Below, piece after piece: positions 16,315-26,451 of a stretch of DNA of 62,077 bases. The position numbers and the translations under genes were made by a program. This DNA comes from an uncultured Bacteroidaceae bacterium (GTDB lineage Bacteria; Bacteroidota; Bacteroidia; Bacteroidales; Bacteroidaceae). The DNA is taken from the NCBI GenBank assembly GCA_964646955.1, contig CAZYFO010000001.1, forward strand, positions 6,485 to 68,561, given 5' to 3'. How positions within the stretch are numbered: position 1 is the first letter of the stretch; every line of letters begins with the position of its first letter. The notes below the pieces were generated by a model. It searched no databases. It had not been told where the DNA came from and saw only the letters and a program-made list of their open reading frames with translations.

Positions 16315-18765
16315 ATGGAAAATAGTAACAAGGTAAATAAGATACTGCCCTATATGGCAGCATTTGTATTGTTTTTGATAGCGTCTCTGATATATTGTTA
16401 TCCTGTCCTGGAAGGAAAGAGGATACAAGCAGGTGATGAATTCAATGCGAAATCTGCCATACAGGAGAGTATTGAGTATCGTCAGGAAACAGGAGATGTT
16501 ACTTGGTGGACCGGCTCCATGTTTTCCGGTATGCCTAATTATCAGGTAGGTGGAGGTCGTTATCTTTCGACTACACTGATGAATCCTATCTGGAAACTGA
16601 CACATCCTTCATCTGCAAAAATGCCTCTTGTTTTTCTGACATTCTTCTGTTGCTTCTTTGTTTTGCTTCGTTCATTTGGTATCGACAAGTGGTTGAGCAT
16701 AGTCGGGGCCTTTGCTACAGGTTTTTCATCGTACTTTTTTATTATTGAGGCGGCCGGACATAATGGTAAAGCATGGTCTATCATGCTTATGTCAGTTGTA
16801 GTAGGAGGCTTCTATTTGATCTATAAAAAACACTATGGATGGGGAATTTCTATGACCATGATATTTACTGCTATGGGATTCTCGCCGCATCCTCAGATGG
16901 CCTATTATATGTTTCTTTTGATTGGAATTCTTTTCTTTACTGAGTTATTTATCCATTACAAAGAAAAACGATGTAAGGATTTTGCAATATCTACTCTATT
17001 GTTCATTGCTTCTGTGGGAGTAGGTCTGGGTACCGGAACGGCAAATATCTTTGCAAATAATGAATATGCAAAGGAAACAATGCGTGGAGGTCACTCTGAA
17101 CTGATCAAAAACAATGATAATACTAATAAAACCAGTGGATTGGATTTGGATTATGCAACCAATTGGAGTTATGGAGTAGATGAGACATTGACATTCTTGA
17201 TTCCAGGATATATGGGAACCGCTTCCGGCTACAATGTAGGTACCGACTCGAAGCTATATGAGACATTGGTTAAAAATGGAGTCCCAAAGGCCGATTCAAA
17301 GGCTTTCTGTCAATCAGCACCTACTTATTGGGGTGAACAGCCTTTTACTGTTGGATCGGTCTATATGGGCGCTATTGTATGCCTTTTATTCGTTTTGGGA
17401 TTGTTTATTGTCAAGGGACCATACAAGTGGGGGTTGCTCATTGCGACATTATTTTCAGTTGCTCTATCGTGGGGACATAATTTTATGGGACTTACAGAGC
17501 TGTTTTTCGATTATTTCCCACTGTATGACAAGTTTCGAGCTGTCTCTTCTATACTGATTGTAGCTGAGGTTACGATGCCTTTATTAGGTTTCTTGGCCGT
17601 TAAACAACTTTTAGATGGAACTATAGACAAAAAGAGTCTCAATATGTATTTGTATTATTCGACCGGAATAGTCGGTGGTATATGTTTGATTCTTGCCCTG
17701 TTCGGTGGATCTCTTTGTGACTTCAAATCTTCTAATGATGCAGCATTCACAGGTCAAATACCTGAATGGGTTTATCAGGCAATCATCGCAGAACGTGCTG
17801 ATATGTTGAGGAGTGACTCTTTCCGTTCTTTACTGTTTGTATTGGTTTCCGGAGTGCTAATATGGTCTTTTGTAAACCTGAATCTCAAGAGAAACTGGAT
17901 GATAGCTATTTTAGGTGTATTGATTTTTGCAGATATGTGGCCGATTAACAAGCGTTTTTTAAACGATGACAATTTTGCGACACCCAAACAAACGGGCAGC
18001 TTTTATGCAATTCAGCCATATGAGCAGGCAATACTACAAGATAATGATCCCAATTTCCGCGTACTGAATCTTGCCTCAAATACATTCAATGAGGCACGTA
18101 CTTCGTATCGTTTGAAATCGATTGGAGGATATAGTGCCGCTAAACTTCGCAGATATCAGGATCTTATTGACCAGTATATTTCCAAGATGGATCTTGATGT
18201 TATCAGTATGTTGAATGCCAAATATATTGTTGTAAGCGATGAAAGTGGACATGTGGTGCCTCAACGTAATCCTTATGCAATGGGCAATGCTTGGTATGTA
18301 GATTCCATAATGATTGTGGATACACCAAATGAGGAGTGTGCTGCACTAGGGAACATCAATCTGAAAAATACTGCAGTTTTGGACAAAAAATTTGCTGATT
18401 ATGTAACTGATTTCAAGTCGGTAAATGATTCAACTGCAAGTGTGAAGTTAAACACCTATTCCCCAAAGGAGCTCACATACACTTCCAATGCAAAGAACGA
18501 TGGGACAGTAGTCTTTTCTGAGATCTATTATCCTTATGGATGGAAGGCATTTGTCGATGGAAAGGATGCTGATATATTTAGAGTAAACTATCTCCTTCGT
18601 GCAATCAATGTGCCTGCCGGTACACATCAAATATCAATGATTTTCGAGCCTGACAGTGTAAAAAAGGGGAATACGATGTCTGCGATATTTGTCTTTATAA
18701 TGTACGCAACAATACTGTCCTTTATCGTTGTTGGGATATATAAAGTTAGGAAACGCAGATCCTAA
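16315..18765 (+). CDS. YfhO-family large polytopic membrane protein (putative extracytoplasmic glycosyltransferase)
   Basis: About 816 aa counted from the ATG at 16315 (the tracked ORF starts at a TTG at 16267). It has many TM segments in the first about 560 aa, a soluble C-terminal domain and a final TM anchor. Confidence 0.7.
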   Translation: MENSNKVNKILPYMAAFVLFLIASLIYCYPVLEGKRIQAGDEFNAKSAIQESIEYRQETGDVTWWTGSMFSGMPNYQVGGGRYLSTTLMNPIWKLTHPSSAKMPLVFLTFFCCFFVLLRSFGIDKWLSIVGAFATGFSSYFFIIEAAGHNGKAWSIMLMSVVVGGFYLIYKKHYGWGISMTMIFTAMGFSPHPQMAYYMFLLIGILFFTELFIHYKEKRCKDFAISTLLFIASVGVGLGTGTANIFANNEYAKETMRGGHSELIKNNDNTNKTSGLDLDYATNWSYGVDETLTFLIPGYMGTASGYNVGTDSKLYETLVKNGVPKADSKAFCQSAPTYWGEQPFTVGSVYMGAIVCLLFVLGLFIVKGPYKWGLLIATLFSVALSWGHNFMGLTELFFDYFPLYDKFRAVSSILIVAEVTMPLLGFLAVKQLLDGTIDKKSLNMYLYYSTGIVGGICLILALFGGSLCDFKSSNDAAFTGQIPEWVYQAIIAERADMLRSDSFRSLLFVLVSGVLIWSFVNLNLKRNWMIAILGVLIFADMWPINKRFLNDDNFATPKQTGSFYAIQPYEQAILQDNDPNFRVLNLASNTFNEARTSYRLKSIGGYSAAKLRRYQDLIDQYISKMDLDVISMLNAKYIVVSDESGHVVPQRNPYAMGNAWYVDSIMIVDTPNEECAALGNINLKNTAVLDKKFADYVTDFKSVNDSTASVKLNTYSPKELTYTSNAKNDGTVVFSEIYYPYGWKAFVDGKDADIFRVNYLLRAINVPAGTHQISMIFEPDSVKKGNTMSAIFVFIMYATILSFIVVGIYKVRKRRS

Positions 18766-18791
18766 TCTATATCGGATTTTTGGGTAATTGA

Positions 18792-19685
18792 TTATTTGTT
18801 CTTTCTGGCAGCAAGCTTCCTTTTAAGCTTGTATGGCCAGCGAGATATGCGCTGGGGAACCTTGATAATCCATCTGATTACACTGTTGGAGAAAAACTGC
18901 AGATAATCGAAAAGATTAAAGTCCGGCAGTGGAATATTCCGTATTGAATAGGCCTCATGAATCAGTCGATCAATACGTTGTTTTTGACGCCCTCTGTCAC
19001 TCTGAATCAGTTTGACAAGTATAGTGGGCATATTATAGAATCTGGCGAACCAAGAGTGCATACAGAGATCATTCCCATTATTGTCCAATAGGATGGTGGA
19101 GATTCCGTCAGAATGTCTTTTACTTGGCAGATACAGAGTGTTGAAGTTGGCCGCCAACCAAATGAAGAACTGATAATAGGGCTCGTACTCGTATCTATCG
19201 AAATCATAGTTTGTAATAAGTCTCTCCGGTGGGAAGTTAGCTATGAGGCGCTTCTTAACATCAGGATAATGTACTGACTTGACATCGCCTTTTGAGAACT
19301 TTGTTCTAATAAGTTCCAGGTTGAAGATGTTGAAGAACGGGTTTGTTACGATAGGATTGCCGCTACGAGGGCAATATCCTCCTCCATCAGGACAACCTGC
19401 ATTGGCATATCCTTTTTCTACAACCAAGTTAGCAAGCTCAAGCACAGCTTCAATATTGACGATAAATGCATCCTCATCCACGTTTATGGCTATATCACAT
19501 TCTGTATCTGCTAGCATGGTAAAGAAATATCCGTCTGCCGATTGATCGGTAAGTCTCACAATGGGGATATCTGATAGACCATTATATAGTCCACAGGAAT
19601 AGCGATACAGTTTTAGGTCAAAAGAGCGTGTAAAGAACTTGACTCTTTTATTCCTAATATATTCTTTGTCAGATAAAATACTCAT
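18792..19685 (-). CDS. Hypothetical soluble protein, last gene of the glycan operon (possible GT-A-like enzyme)
   Basis: 297 aa with no TM segment. It has an acidic INVDEDAF patch reminiscent of a DxD motif. Its start overlaps the GT2 stop by 1 nt. Confidence 0.4.
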   Translation of the reverse strand: MSILSDKEYIRNKRVKFFTRSFDLKLYRYSCGLYNGLSDIPIVRLTDQSADGYFFTMLADTECDIAINVDEDAFIVNIEAVLELANLVVEKGYANAGCPDGGGYCPRSGNPIVTNPFFNIFNLELIRTKFSKGDVKSVHYPDVKKRLIANFPPERLITNYDFDRYEYEPYYQFFIWLAANFNTLYLPSKRHSDGISTILLDNNGNDLCMHSWFARFYNMPTILVKLIQSDRGRQKQRIDRLIHEAYSIRNIPLPDFNLFDYLQFFSNSVIRWIIKVPQRISRWPYKLKRKLAARKNK

Positions 19686-20692
19686 TACAGCATGGTTTTG
19701 TGAAAGAACAGATATATCCTGATTACGAGAATAGAGATCTTTTGGGAGAATGATATCAGTTTATCCAACAAAAAAAACTTAATGTTGTTCTTTATGTAAG
19801 GGCATCTCTTATAGTCCGGTATCATTTGTCGCAGATGATCCTGTATTGAGGCTATGGTCTTATCAGATGGCTTGACCACGTTAGTTACATAATTGAAAAT
19901 AGAAACCAAATAGCCTTTTTTGAAATAGATATAGTCTAGTTCATCCTTATAGTCGTCATACCACCCGTTCTTTCGGCAAACAGCTAACAGATTATCCATG
20001 GAATCCATTTTTTGAAGATAACGTTTCTCGTCTTTCTTCATCGTCAGCGAAGGAGACCATTTCCAATATTGATACAGAGGTAGACGAACCTGGGCAATTT
20101 TTTTACAACAGATTAGCGCGCAAGCCAGCAACATACTGTCCTCAGAACTTTTGCCCGATGTGAATCTCAAATGATTATCATCCAACAGTGACTTTTTATA
20201 TAAAAATGTGGTGAAGTAAGAAACATATGATATTAAGAAATCTCTTTTATTCTTGCCATAAAAATCTACACTTGATAATATTGGATTATTCCCATATCCT
20301 AAAATTTTGCCCTTTTCATCGAGAAACTGAATATTACAACAGCAAAGCTCACAGTTTGATTCTATTGTTTTTTCCAGTAGTAGACGACAAAAGTCAGAAT
20401 GAATGGTGTCGTCACTGTCTACAAAAGCTATGTATTCACCCATAGCATTGTCTATTCCTATGTTTCTTGCTGCTCCGGGTCCGCTATTGAATGGCATAGA
20501 GAAGAATCTGAATGAAATGGAGGTCTCACCATAGCTTTCGATAATGCGTTTAGCTTCATCAATACTTCCATCGGTACTGTGATCATCTATGAGTATGACT
20601 TCAATTTTTCGGTATTTCTGGTCAAAGATTGACTGCAGATAAGGCCTTATCTGCCTTACCGAGTTGTACACCGGAGTTATAATGGATATCAT
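19685..20692 (-). CDS. GT2-family glycosyltransferase
   Basis: ISIITPVYN...ILIDDHSTDGS...FVDSDD motifs. Confidence 0.88.
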   Translation of the reverse strand: MISIITPVYNSVRQIRPYLQSIFDQKYRKIEVILIDDHSTDGSIDEAKRIIESYGETSISFRFFSMPFNSGPGAARNIGIDNAMGEYIAFVDSDDTIHSDFCRLLLEKTIESNCELCCCNIQFLDEKGKILGYGNNPILSSVDFYGKNKRDFLISYVSYFTTFLYKKSLLDDNHLRFTSGKSSEDSMLLACALICCKKIAQVRLPLYQYWKWSPSLTMKKDEKRYLQKMDSMDNLLAVCRKNGWYDDYKDELDYIYFKKGYLVSIFNYVTNVVKPSDKTIASIQDHLRQMIPDYKRCPYIKNNIKFFLLDKLISFSQKISILVIRIYLFFHKTML

Positions 20693-21705
20693 AAGGCAGA
20701 TAAATTATTGATTACTACTTCCATTCGTTTATCAAAAGAGTGCTCTTCCAATACCATCCTATAAGCAGATTCTGCTTTCTCTCCCATGTCACTGTCAAGA
20801 GCTTTCTTTATTAAAGATATAAGTTCTCCATTATTGTGATAAAGACCTATCTCTTCATTCTTAAAAAGATTTTCAATGTAGGGGTTGGCATCACATATCT
20901 GATAGGTCTTTGTACCGGCTATCTCGAAAAGTCTCGGATTGGCTCCGTCTTTTTGTTGTTCGGAATGAATATTGAGTGCGACTTTAGTCCTATTGTAATA
21001 ATCATTTGCCAGAGTGCTGTCAATATTTTTATTCATGAAAATATTCCTTCTATTTCTGAAGATACAGGCAATCGGATTTTTGACAAAAGGCTTATATAAA
21101 CCGAAGAATAGAACCTTCTTATCAGAAAAATTATCAGCTACAAGATTGAGAAGCATTTTTCTTTTCTCAGATGTATAGATATTCCCCACAAATAGAATGT
21201 CTATGTCTTTGTCCCTGTTGGGTATAGGATGATAAACGCCGAAATCGCATGCCTGAGGAAGAAAATAGACCTTCTTGCCTTTTGATTGGTACCAACGCAC
21301 ATCTTCCAAGTCATAGCAGAAGAAAGCGTCGCAGTGATCTATATGTGTTTGCGATACTTTAACCGTCATAACACTGTCAAACATCCATATTCCGACCTTT
21401 GATCTCTTTCTGAAGTAGTCAAGGGTATCCGAAAGCAGCATATCCGCATTTAGCACAAAAACATAATCGGGAGAGACATCATCGAATCTGCTTTTTATAT
21501 ACGGTTGGTAAGATACTCTGTTCTGCTGTCTTACGATTTCTTTATTGTGTGCTATCTTGTGCCTCCATTTCCAGATTCCGCGAAAAGGATGGACAGGGTT
21601 GTCATATTCTTCCGTTTCCACTTCCCAGCCGTGTTTCAGAAAACCTGATTTGCAGGCAGATATGAAATTGAAATATCTGGGTCCGATGATTAGAACTTTC
21701 GGCAT
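20689..21705 (-). CDS. CgeB-like / DUF3880-type glycosyltransferase-family protein
   Basis: 338 aa. The C-terminal region LNIHSEQQKDGANPRLFEIAGTKTYQICD resembles the CgeB family. There is a 4-nt overlap with the GT2 gene. Confidence 0.55.
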   Translation of the reverse strand: MPKVLIIGPRYFNFISACKSGFLKHGWEVETEEYDNPVHPFRGIWKWRHKIAHNKEIVRQQNRVSYQPYIKSRFDDVSPDYVFVLNADMLLSDTLDYFRKRSKVGIWMFDSVMTVKVSQTHIDHCDAFFCYDLEDVRWYQSKGKKVYFLPQACDFGVYHPIPNRDKDIDILFVGNIYTSEKRKMLLNLVADNFSDKKVLFFGLYKPFVKNPIACIFRNRRNIFMNKNIDSTLANDYYNRTKVALNIHSEQQKDGANPRLFEIAGTKTYQICDANPYIENLFKNEEIGLYHNNGELISLIKKALDSDMGEKAESAYRMVLEEHSFDKRMEVVINNLSAL

Positions 21706-21717
21706 CTCATCGTTTAT

Positions 21718-22932
21718 TTAAAGATGAAACATATTTTTCAATCGCGATACTAGCCGTTCGCTGCTGTTTCCATCCTTGTGATTATGAAACATGGCGATTT
21801 CCTTTTCTGAAGGGGAAGAAAAAGCCTTCTGATTCAATATGGAGATAAGCTCTGGCCAATTATGAGCCTGAACGGCTTTCTGCTCGTTATAGTCGAACTG
21901 AAGAGTACGTTCGTTAGTCACATAATCGTCAAAATCAAACGGAGCCAAAATAATTGGCTTAGAGGTCAGAAGGAAGTCGAAATAGACGCTGGAGAAGTCA
22001 GTAATCAGAATATCCATATCCTTAATTAGAAGATATAGATTATCGAAATCACTGTCTGTAAGATTTACAAACCGTTCGTTTCTAATCTCAATATCAGCAT
22101 CAGCATCGTAGAAATGACCTTTGTTGAAGAAAACATAATCATTGCTTTCCAATGATTTGAAAAACTGTTCCTTATCGAAGCCGAATCCGTCAAATCCATT
22201 GAAAGGGACACCTTTTCTGGCCAAGAACCTATGGGTAGGCATATAAATTATGAATCTTGCTGTCGGAAATAGAGTCTTGTACTTTGAAATGATAGTTTCC
22301 CTCTCTGAGGAGAAAAGAACATCGTTTCTTGGGTATCCGTCAACCCAAACCTGGTCTTTATTCACTTCAAAACCAGACATGAAGAATCCGGAAAAGAAAT
22401 CTCCCGTATTAAGTACTGAATCTTTTTTTGGTTTATCTCGATAGGGGAAGAGAAACCGGTTTATTTTAACCTTCAATTTTTTAAAAGAGGAATAGCGCTC
22501 CCATAAGAACCTCTCTTCGTCTGCCATAATATATTTCAGACCGACACCATGCCATAACCAAACGGTATATGCCCCATTAAGGTATTTGGCATTCATCTCA
22601 TCCGGAGTGGTGGTTATAAATACAATCCCTGCCCTAAGACACGAAATGATACCACTTAGTGAGTTAGACATCTTTACCGGTTTACCCTCTTCAGATAATC
22701 TCCGGTAGACTTCCTTACTGTGTGTTATCCAAACAGGTTTAATGGTTGGCTCATTTTTGATGACATATTCATAGAGAGCTCTGGAATTGTCGGAGTACTT
22801 TTTACCGAACCAAGAGCCGAACAGCCATATGTGTCTATCTCTTGGACAAAGTTTTTGAAGATACCAAAACGGTAGAAACAGCAAAGCTCCTATACTGCAA
22901 AAAACCATTTTTAGAGTACTCTCTTTCTTCAT
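21718..22932 (-). CDS. CDP-alditol (glycerol/ribitol) phosphotransferase, TagB/TagF/TarL family
   Basis: 404 aa with YMPTHR and LITDFSSVYFDF, the hallmark motifs of teichoic-acid-type phosphotransferases. It has an N-terminal hydrophobic segment. Confidence 0.8.
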   Translation of the reverse strand: MKKESTLKMVFCSIGALLFLPFWYLQKLCPRDRHIWLFGSWFGKKYSDNSRALYEYVIKNEPTIKPVWITHSKEVYRRLSEEGKPVKMSNSLSGIISCLRAGIVFITTTPDEMNAKYLNGAYTVWLWHGVGLKYIMADEERFLWERYSSFKKLKVKINRFLFPYRDKPKKDSVLNTGDFFSGFFMSGFEVNKDQVWVDGYPRNDVLFSSERETIISKYKTLFPTARFIIYMPTHRFLARKGVPFNGFDGFGFDKEQFFKSLESNDYVFFNKGHFYDADADIEIRNERFVNLTDSDFDNLYLLIKDMDILITDFSSVYFDFLLTSKPIILAPFDFDDYVTNERTLQFDYNEQKAVQAHNWPELISILNQKAFSSPSEKEIAMFHNHKDGNSSERLVSRLKNMFHL

Positions 22933-24302
22933 CTATCTCTTCTTATTCTAACATCTATGACCTGTCCAGTAATATTTGACATAAGTGTTTTCAGTGAGTC
23001 TTCGGCAACACGGGTAGCATCAAGAAGGCTCTCTTCCGGTTCATTGCCGAAGTTCTTTATTCGCATCGGCGTTTTTGTCCTTTCAGGATCCATTACGTTG
23101 ACTCTTACTCCATCGGCTTCCCACTCTTGAGCAAGTGCCTGCATGAAGTTAACCACTGCGGCTTTAGTCGATGAGTAGATGCTGTAAAAAGCTCTGCCGC
23201 GAGTGTAAGAGCTTGAAGTATACAAAAGCAGTTGTCCCTTTGACTTGCTAAGGTATTCGAAACTCTCAATTGCAATATTTACCATTCCATCGTAATTTGT
23301 CCTTATCATTGAACTAATCACATCCTGTTTCATACTGCATAGAGGCTCCTTTACTAAGATTGCGGCACAATCTACCACATAGTCTATATGACCCTCTTTA
23401 GAAAAAACTTCTTTAAGAGCAGAATGTACGTCTTCTCTTTTAGAGATGTCGGTGTTGGTAGTGCTACGTGAGAAAGAATATGCTTTTGCTCCGTTTCCAT
23501 CCGCAATCTTTATCATTTCGGCACCGATTCCCGAATTTCCTCCGAAGATAACGATTACTTTGCCTTTTAATTTCGAAAAATCAAATTCATTCTGAATCTC
23601 AGTTGAACGCAATTGGAACAGTTTATCCAACAGATATGTATCCTCCTTGTATGTCAGTTTCATGTTGGACTCTTCGCCCATTACGATATATACTTTTTCC
23701 TCCGGAAGATACTTAACCACAGTGCCGCAATCGTCTGTAGAGACGAAATTGGGATCCTTCAACGCTATTTGATATGCCTTTTTTATAATCTTCTGTTTGA
23801 AGGCCTGCGGCGTTTGTCCGCATCTGAGATACTTTCGGACAGGAATATTCTCTATTATCTCTGAGTTCTTATCTACCTGTACAATGGTATCCGTTGCGGG
23901 GATTGCCACGTCTATAGCATTTACAGATTTCATCGCTTCGATAATGTCATTGATAATCCGCTGGCTTATCAAGGGTCGAACGGCATCGTGAAAAACGAGA
24001 TTGCTTTCCGGCTCATCATCATATGCATTTATTGCTGCAAGGCTGGACTCGTAACGCTCATTGCCTCCCCTGAGCAGTTTGCGGGTTTTTTGCCATTTGT
24101 TTCGCAAGATGATGGACTCGACTTCATGAACATACATCTCGTTAATTACAATGGCTATTTCGTCTATGTTGGGATTGCGCTCAAAAGCATCTACAGAGTG
24201 CTCCAATACGGTCTTCCCTGCAACCTTGAAGAATTGTTTAGGAGTGGACAGATTTGCTCTGGACCCGACTCCTCCAGCCAAAACGACAGCAATATTTCTC
24301 AT
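22929..24302 (-). CDS. Bifunctional CDP-ribitol synthase-like fusion: IspD/TarI cytidylyltransferase plus an SDR reductase
   Basis: The N-terminus VVLAGGVGSR...PKQF is IspD/TarI-like. The C-terminal half has GGNSGIG and YSSTKAAV (YxxxK) of a short-chain dehydrogenase. This is the same architecture as Haemophilus Bcs1/Acs1. Confidence 0.75.
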   Translation of the reverse strand: MRNIAVVLAGGVGSRANLSTPKQFFKVAGKTVLEHSVDAFERNPNIDEIAIVINEMYVHEVESIILRNKWQKTRKLLRGGNERYESSLAAINAYDDEPESNLVFHDAVRPLISQRIINDIIEAMKSVNAIDVAIPATDTIVQVDKNSEIIENIPVRKYLRCGQTPQAFKQKIIKKAYQIALKDPNFVSTDDCGTVVKYLPEEKVYIVMGEESNMKLTYKEDTYLLDKLFQLRSTEIQNEFDFSKLKGKVIVIFGGNSGIGAEMIKIADGNGAKAYSFSRSTTNTDISKREDVHSALKEVFSKEGHIDYVVDCAAILVKEPLCSMKQDVISSMIRTNYDGMVNIAIESFEYLSKSKGQLLLYTSSSYTRGRAFYSIYSSTKAAVVNFMQALAQEWEADGVRVNVMDPERTKTPMRIKNFGNEPEESLLDATRVAEDSLKTLMSNITGQVIDVRIRRDR

Positions 24303-24307
24303 ATAAG

Positions 24308-26368
24308 TTATTTTACTTCACTACCCGGTTTCACAGGTTTCTCAACTGTTGTCACAGAAAGTATTCCGTCCATATCCAGTGCGCTAAGTATCATTCCTTG
24401 GCTTTCTATTCCTTTGATCTTGCGTGGAGCAAGATTTGCGATAAAGCAAACTTGTTTTCCGACAAGATACTCGGGCTTATAGTATTGGGCAATGCCGGAA
24501 AGAATGGTTCTGTTTTCCAGGCCGTCAGCGATTGTGAATTGCAAAAGCTTATCCGCTTTAGGTACCTTCTGACACTCAAGGACTGTTCCGACGCGAATAT
24601 CCATCTTCTCAAACTCAGAATAGTCTATAATAGGCAGGATAGGGTTTGCCTTCTTTTCAGTAGCCTCTTTCTTTTCGTTCTCTTCTTTGGTTATGAGTAG
24701 TTTTTGAATCTGAGCCTCGATAACATCGTCTTCAACCTTTTCAAACAACAGTTCGGGTGTATTTAGCTTATGCCCTGGAACCATCAGATTTATACTTCCC
24801 AATTCATTCCAGTCAAAAGTGTCGATGTTTATCATCTTACGCAGTTTCTCGCTGCTGAAAGGCAAGAACGGCTCGAAAGCTATAGACAAGTTTGCAACTA
24901 ACTGAAGAGAGATGTTTAGTATAGTCTCCACGCGTTTCATATCAGTCTTTGCCAGTTTCCAAGGCTCAGTGTCGGCTAAATATTTATTGCCGATACGTGC
25001 CAGGTTCATAGCCTCTTTCTGGGAGTCACGGAATCTAAAGTTCTCAATAAGCGACTCCAACTGTTTTTTTACATCTGCAAAATCACTAAGAGTGCTCTTG
25101 TCATAATCAGTCAGCTCATTGGCTGCCGGTACTACGCCATCGAAATATTTCTGAGTGAGAACCAACGCTCTGTTTACGAAGTTACCGTAAATGGCTACCA
25201 GTTCATTGTTGTTACGTGCTTGAAAATCCTTCCAAGTGAAGTTATTATCCTTAGTCTCCGGAGCATTAGCAGTCAGGACATATCTAAGTACATCCTGTTT
25301 TCCCGGGAATTCCTCTAAATATTCATGAACCCAAACAGCCCTGTTTCTTGAAGTGGAAATCTTGTCATCTTCCAGATTCAGGAACTCATTACTTGGTACA
25401 TTATCGGGAAGGATATAGCTGCCTTCAGCCTTCAACATAGCCGGGAATACAATGCAATGAAAGACAATGTTGTCTTTTCCAATGAAGTGAACCAATCTGG
25501 TATCTTTGTCCTTCCACCATGTTTCCCAACTGCCTTTTTCGGGATGTGCATCGCATAGCTCCTTAGTATTGCTAATATATCCGATAGGAGCGTCAAACCA
25601 TACATAAAGAACTTTTCCTTCTGCGCCTTCAACAGGAACAGGGATACCCCAATCCAGATCTCGGCTTACGGCACGTGGCTGCAGACCCATATCCAACCAA
25701 CTTTTGCATTGGCCGTAAACATTCGGGCGCCACTCTTTATGCTCTTCAAGAATCCATTTGCTTAACCATGATTCATACTGGTCAAGAGGCAGATACCAGT
25801 GAGTAGTCTCTTTCATTACGGGCTTGCTTCCGCTGATAGTGCTTGTCGGGTTGATAAGTTCTGTAGGAGATAGCGAAGTACCACATTTCTCACACTGATC
25901 TCCATATGCTTTCTCGTAGTGACAATGAGGACATTCTCCGGTTATATATCTATCGGCTAGGAACATCTTAGACTCTTCGTCATAATACTGTTCGTTTGTC
26001 TTTTGAATGAATTTCCCCTCTTCGTATAGCTTTCTAAAGAAGTTGGATGCCAAGTTTGAGTGAGTATTCGAACTGGTACGTCCGTATATATCATATGAAA
26101 TTCCCATTTTTTCGAATGTTTCTTTCATCTGATAGTGATAACGGTCGATTATCTCCTTTGGAGTTACACCCTCTTTTTTAGCACGTATAGTTATAGGTAC
26201 ACCGTGTTCGTCTGAACCTCCGATGAACATTACATCTTCCTTTTTAAGTCTGAGATATCTTACGTAAATATCGGCAGGGATATAAGCGCCGGCTAAGTGT
26301 CCGATGTGAATAGGCCCGTTTGCGTATGGTAGAGCCGATGTAACCAATGTTCTTTTGAACTCTTTCAT
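24308..26368 (-). CDS. metG: Methionine--tRNA ligase with a C-terminal tRNA-binding domain
   Basis: 686 aa. HIGHLAG motif, KISTSRN (KMSKS-like) and a zinc knuckle [17 protein letters not shown]. Confidence 0.95.
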   Translation of the reverse strand: MKEFKRTLVTSALPYANGPIHIGHLAGAYIPADIYVRYLRLKKEDVMFIGGSDEHGVPITIRAKKEGVTPKEIIDRYHYQMKETFEKMGISYDIYGRTSSNTHSNLASNFFRKLYEEGKFIQKTNEQYYDEESKMFLADRYITGECPHCHYEKAYGDQCEKCGTSLSPTELINPTSTISGSKPVMKETTHWYLPLDQYESWLSKWILEEHKEWRPNVYGQCKSWLDMGLQPRAVSRDLDWGIPVPVEGAEGKVLYVWFDAPIGYISNTKELCDAHPEKGSWETWWKDKDTRLVHFIGKDNIVFHCIVFPAMLKAEGSYILPDNVPSNEFLNLEDDKISTSRNRAVWVHEYLEEFPGKQDVLRYVLTANAPETKDNNFTWKDFQARNNNELVAIYGNFVNRALVLTQKYFDGVVPAANELTDYDKSTLSDFADVKKQLESLIENFRFRDSQKEAMNLARIGNKYLADTEPWKLAKTDMKRVETILNISLQLVANLSIAFEPFLPFSSEKLRKMINIDTFDWNELGSINLMVPGHKLNTPELLFEKVEDDVIEAQIQKLLITKEENEKKEATEKKANPILPIIDYSEFEKMDIRVGTVLECQKVPKADKLLQFTIADGLENRTILSGIAQYYKPEYLVGKQVCFIANLAPRKIKGIESQGMILSALDMDGILSVTTVEKPVKPGSEVK

Positions 26369-26411
26369 ATATATTTCTTCGTTATTTTACTTTGAAAACA
26401 TCTAAAACACG

Positions 26412-26419
26412 CAAAGTTA
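26412..26419 (-). promoter_or_regulatory. Candidate -7 box (TAACTTTG, minus strand) for metG and the downstream glycan genes
   Basis: Plus-strand caaagtta, 44 nt upstream of the metG start. Confidence 0.4.
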
Positions 26420-26451
26420 CATCTTTATCATTACATATCAAAACCTATTTT

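Noticed and set aside
19685-24302. Recent horizontal transfer of the teichoic-acid-like genes from a Gram-positive donor
   Set aside because: By eye, composition and codon style match the surrounding housekeeping genes. The genes are translationally coupled behind metG, and there are no flanking mobile-element features. I therefore cannot support a recent transfer from this window.
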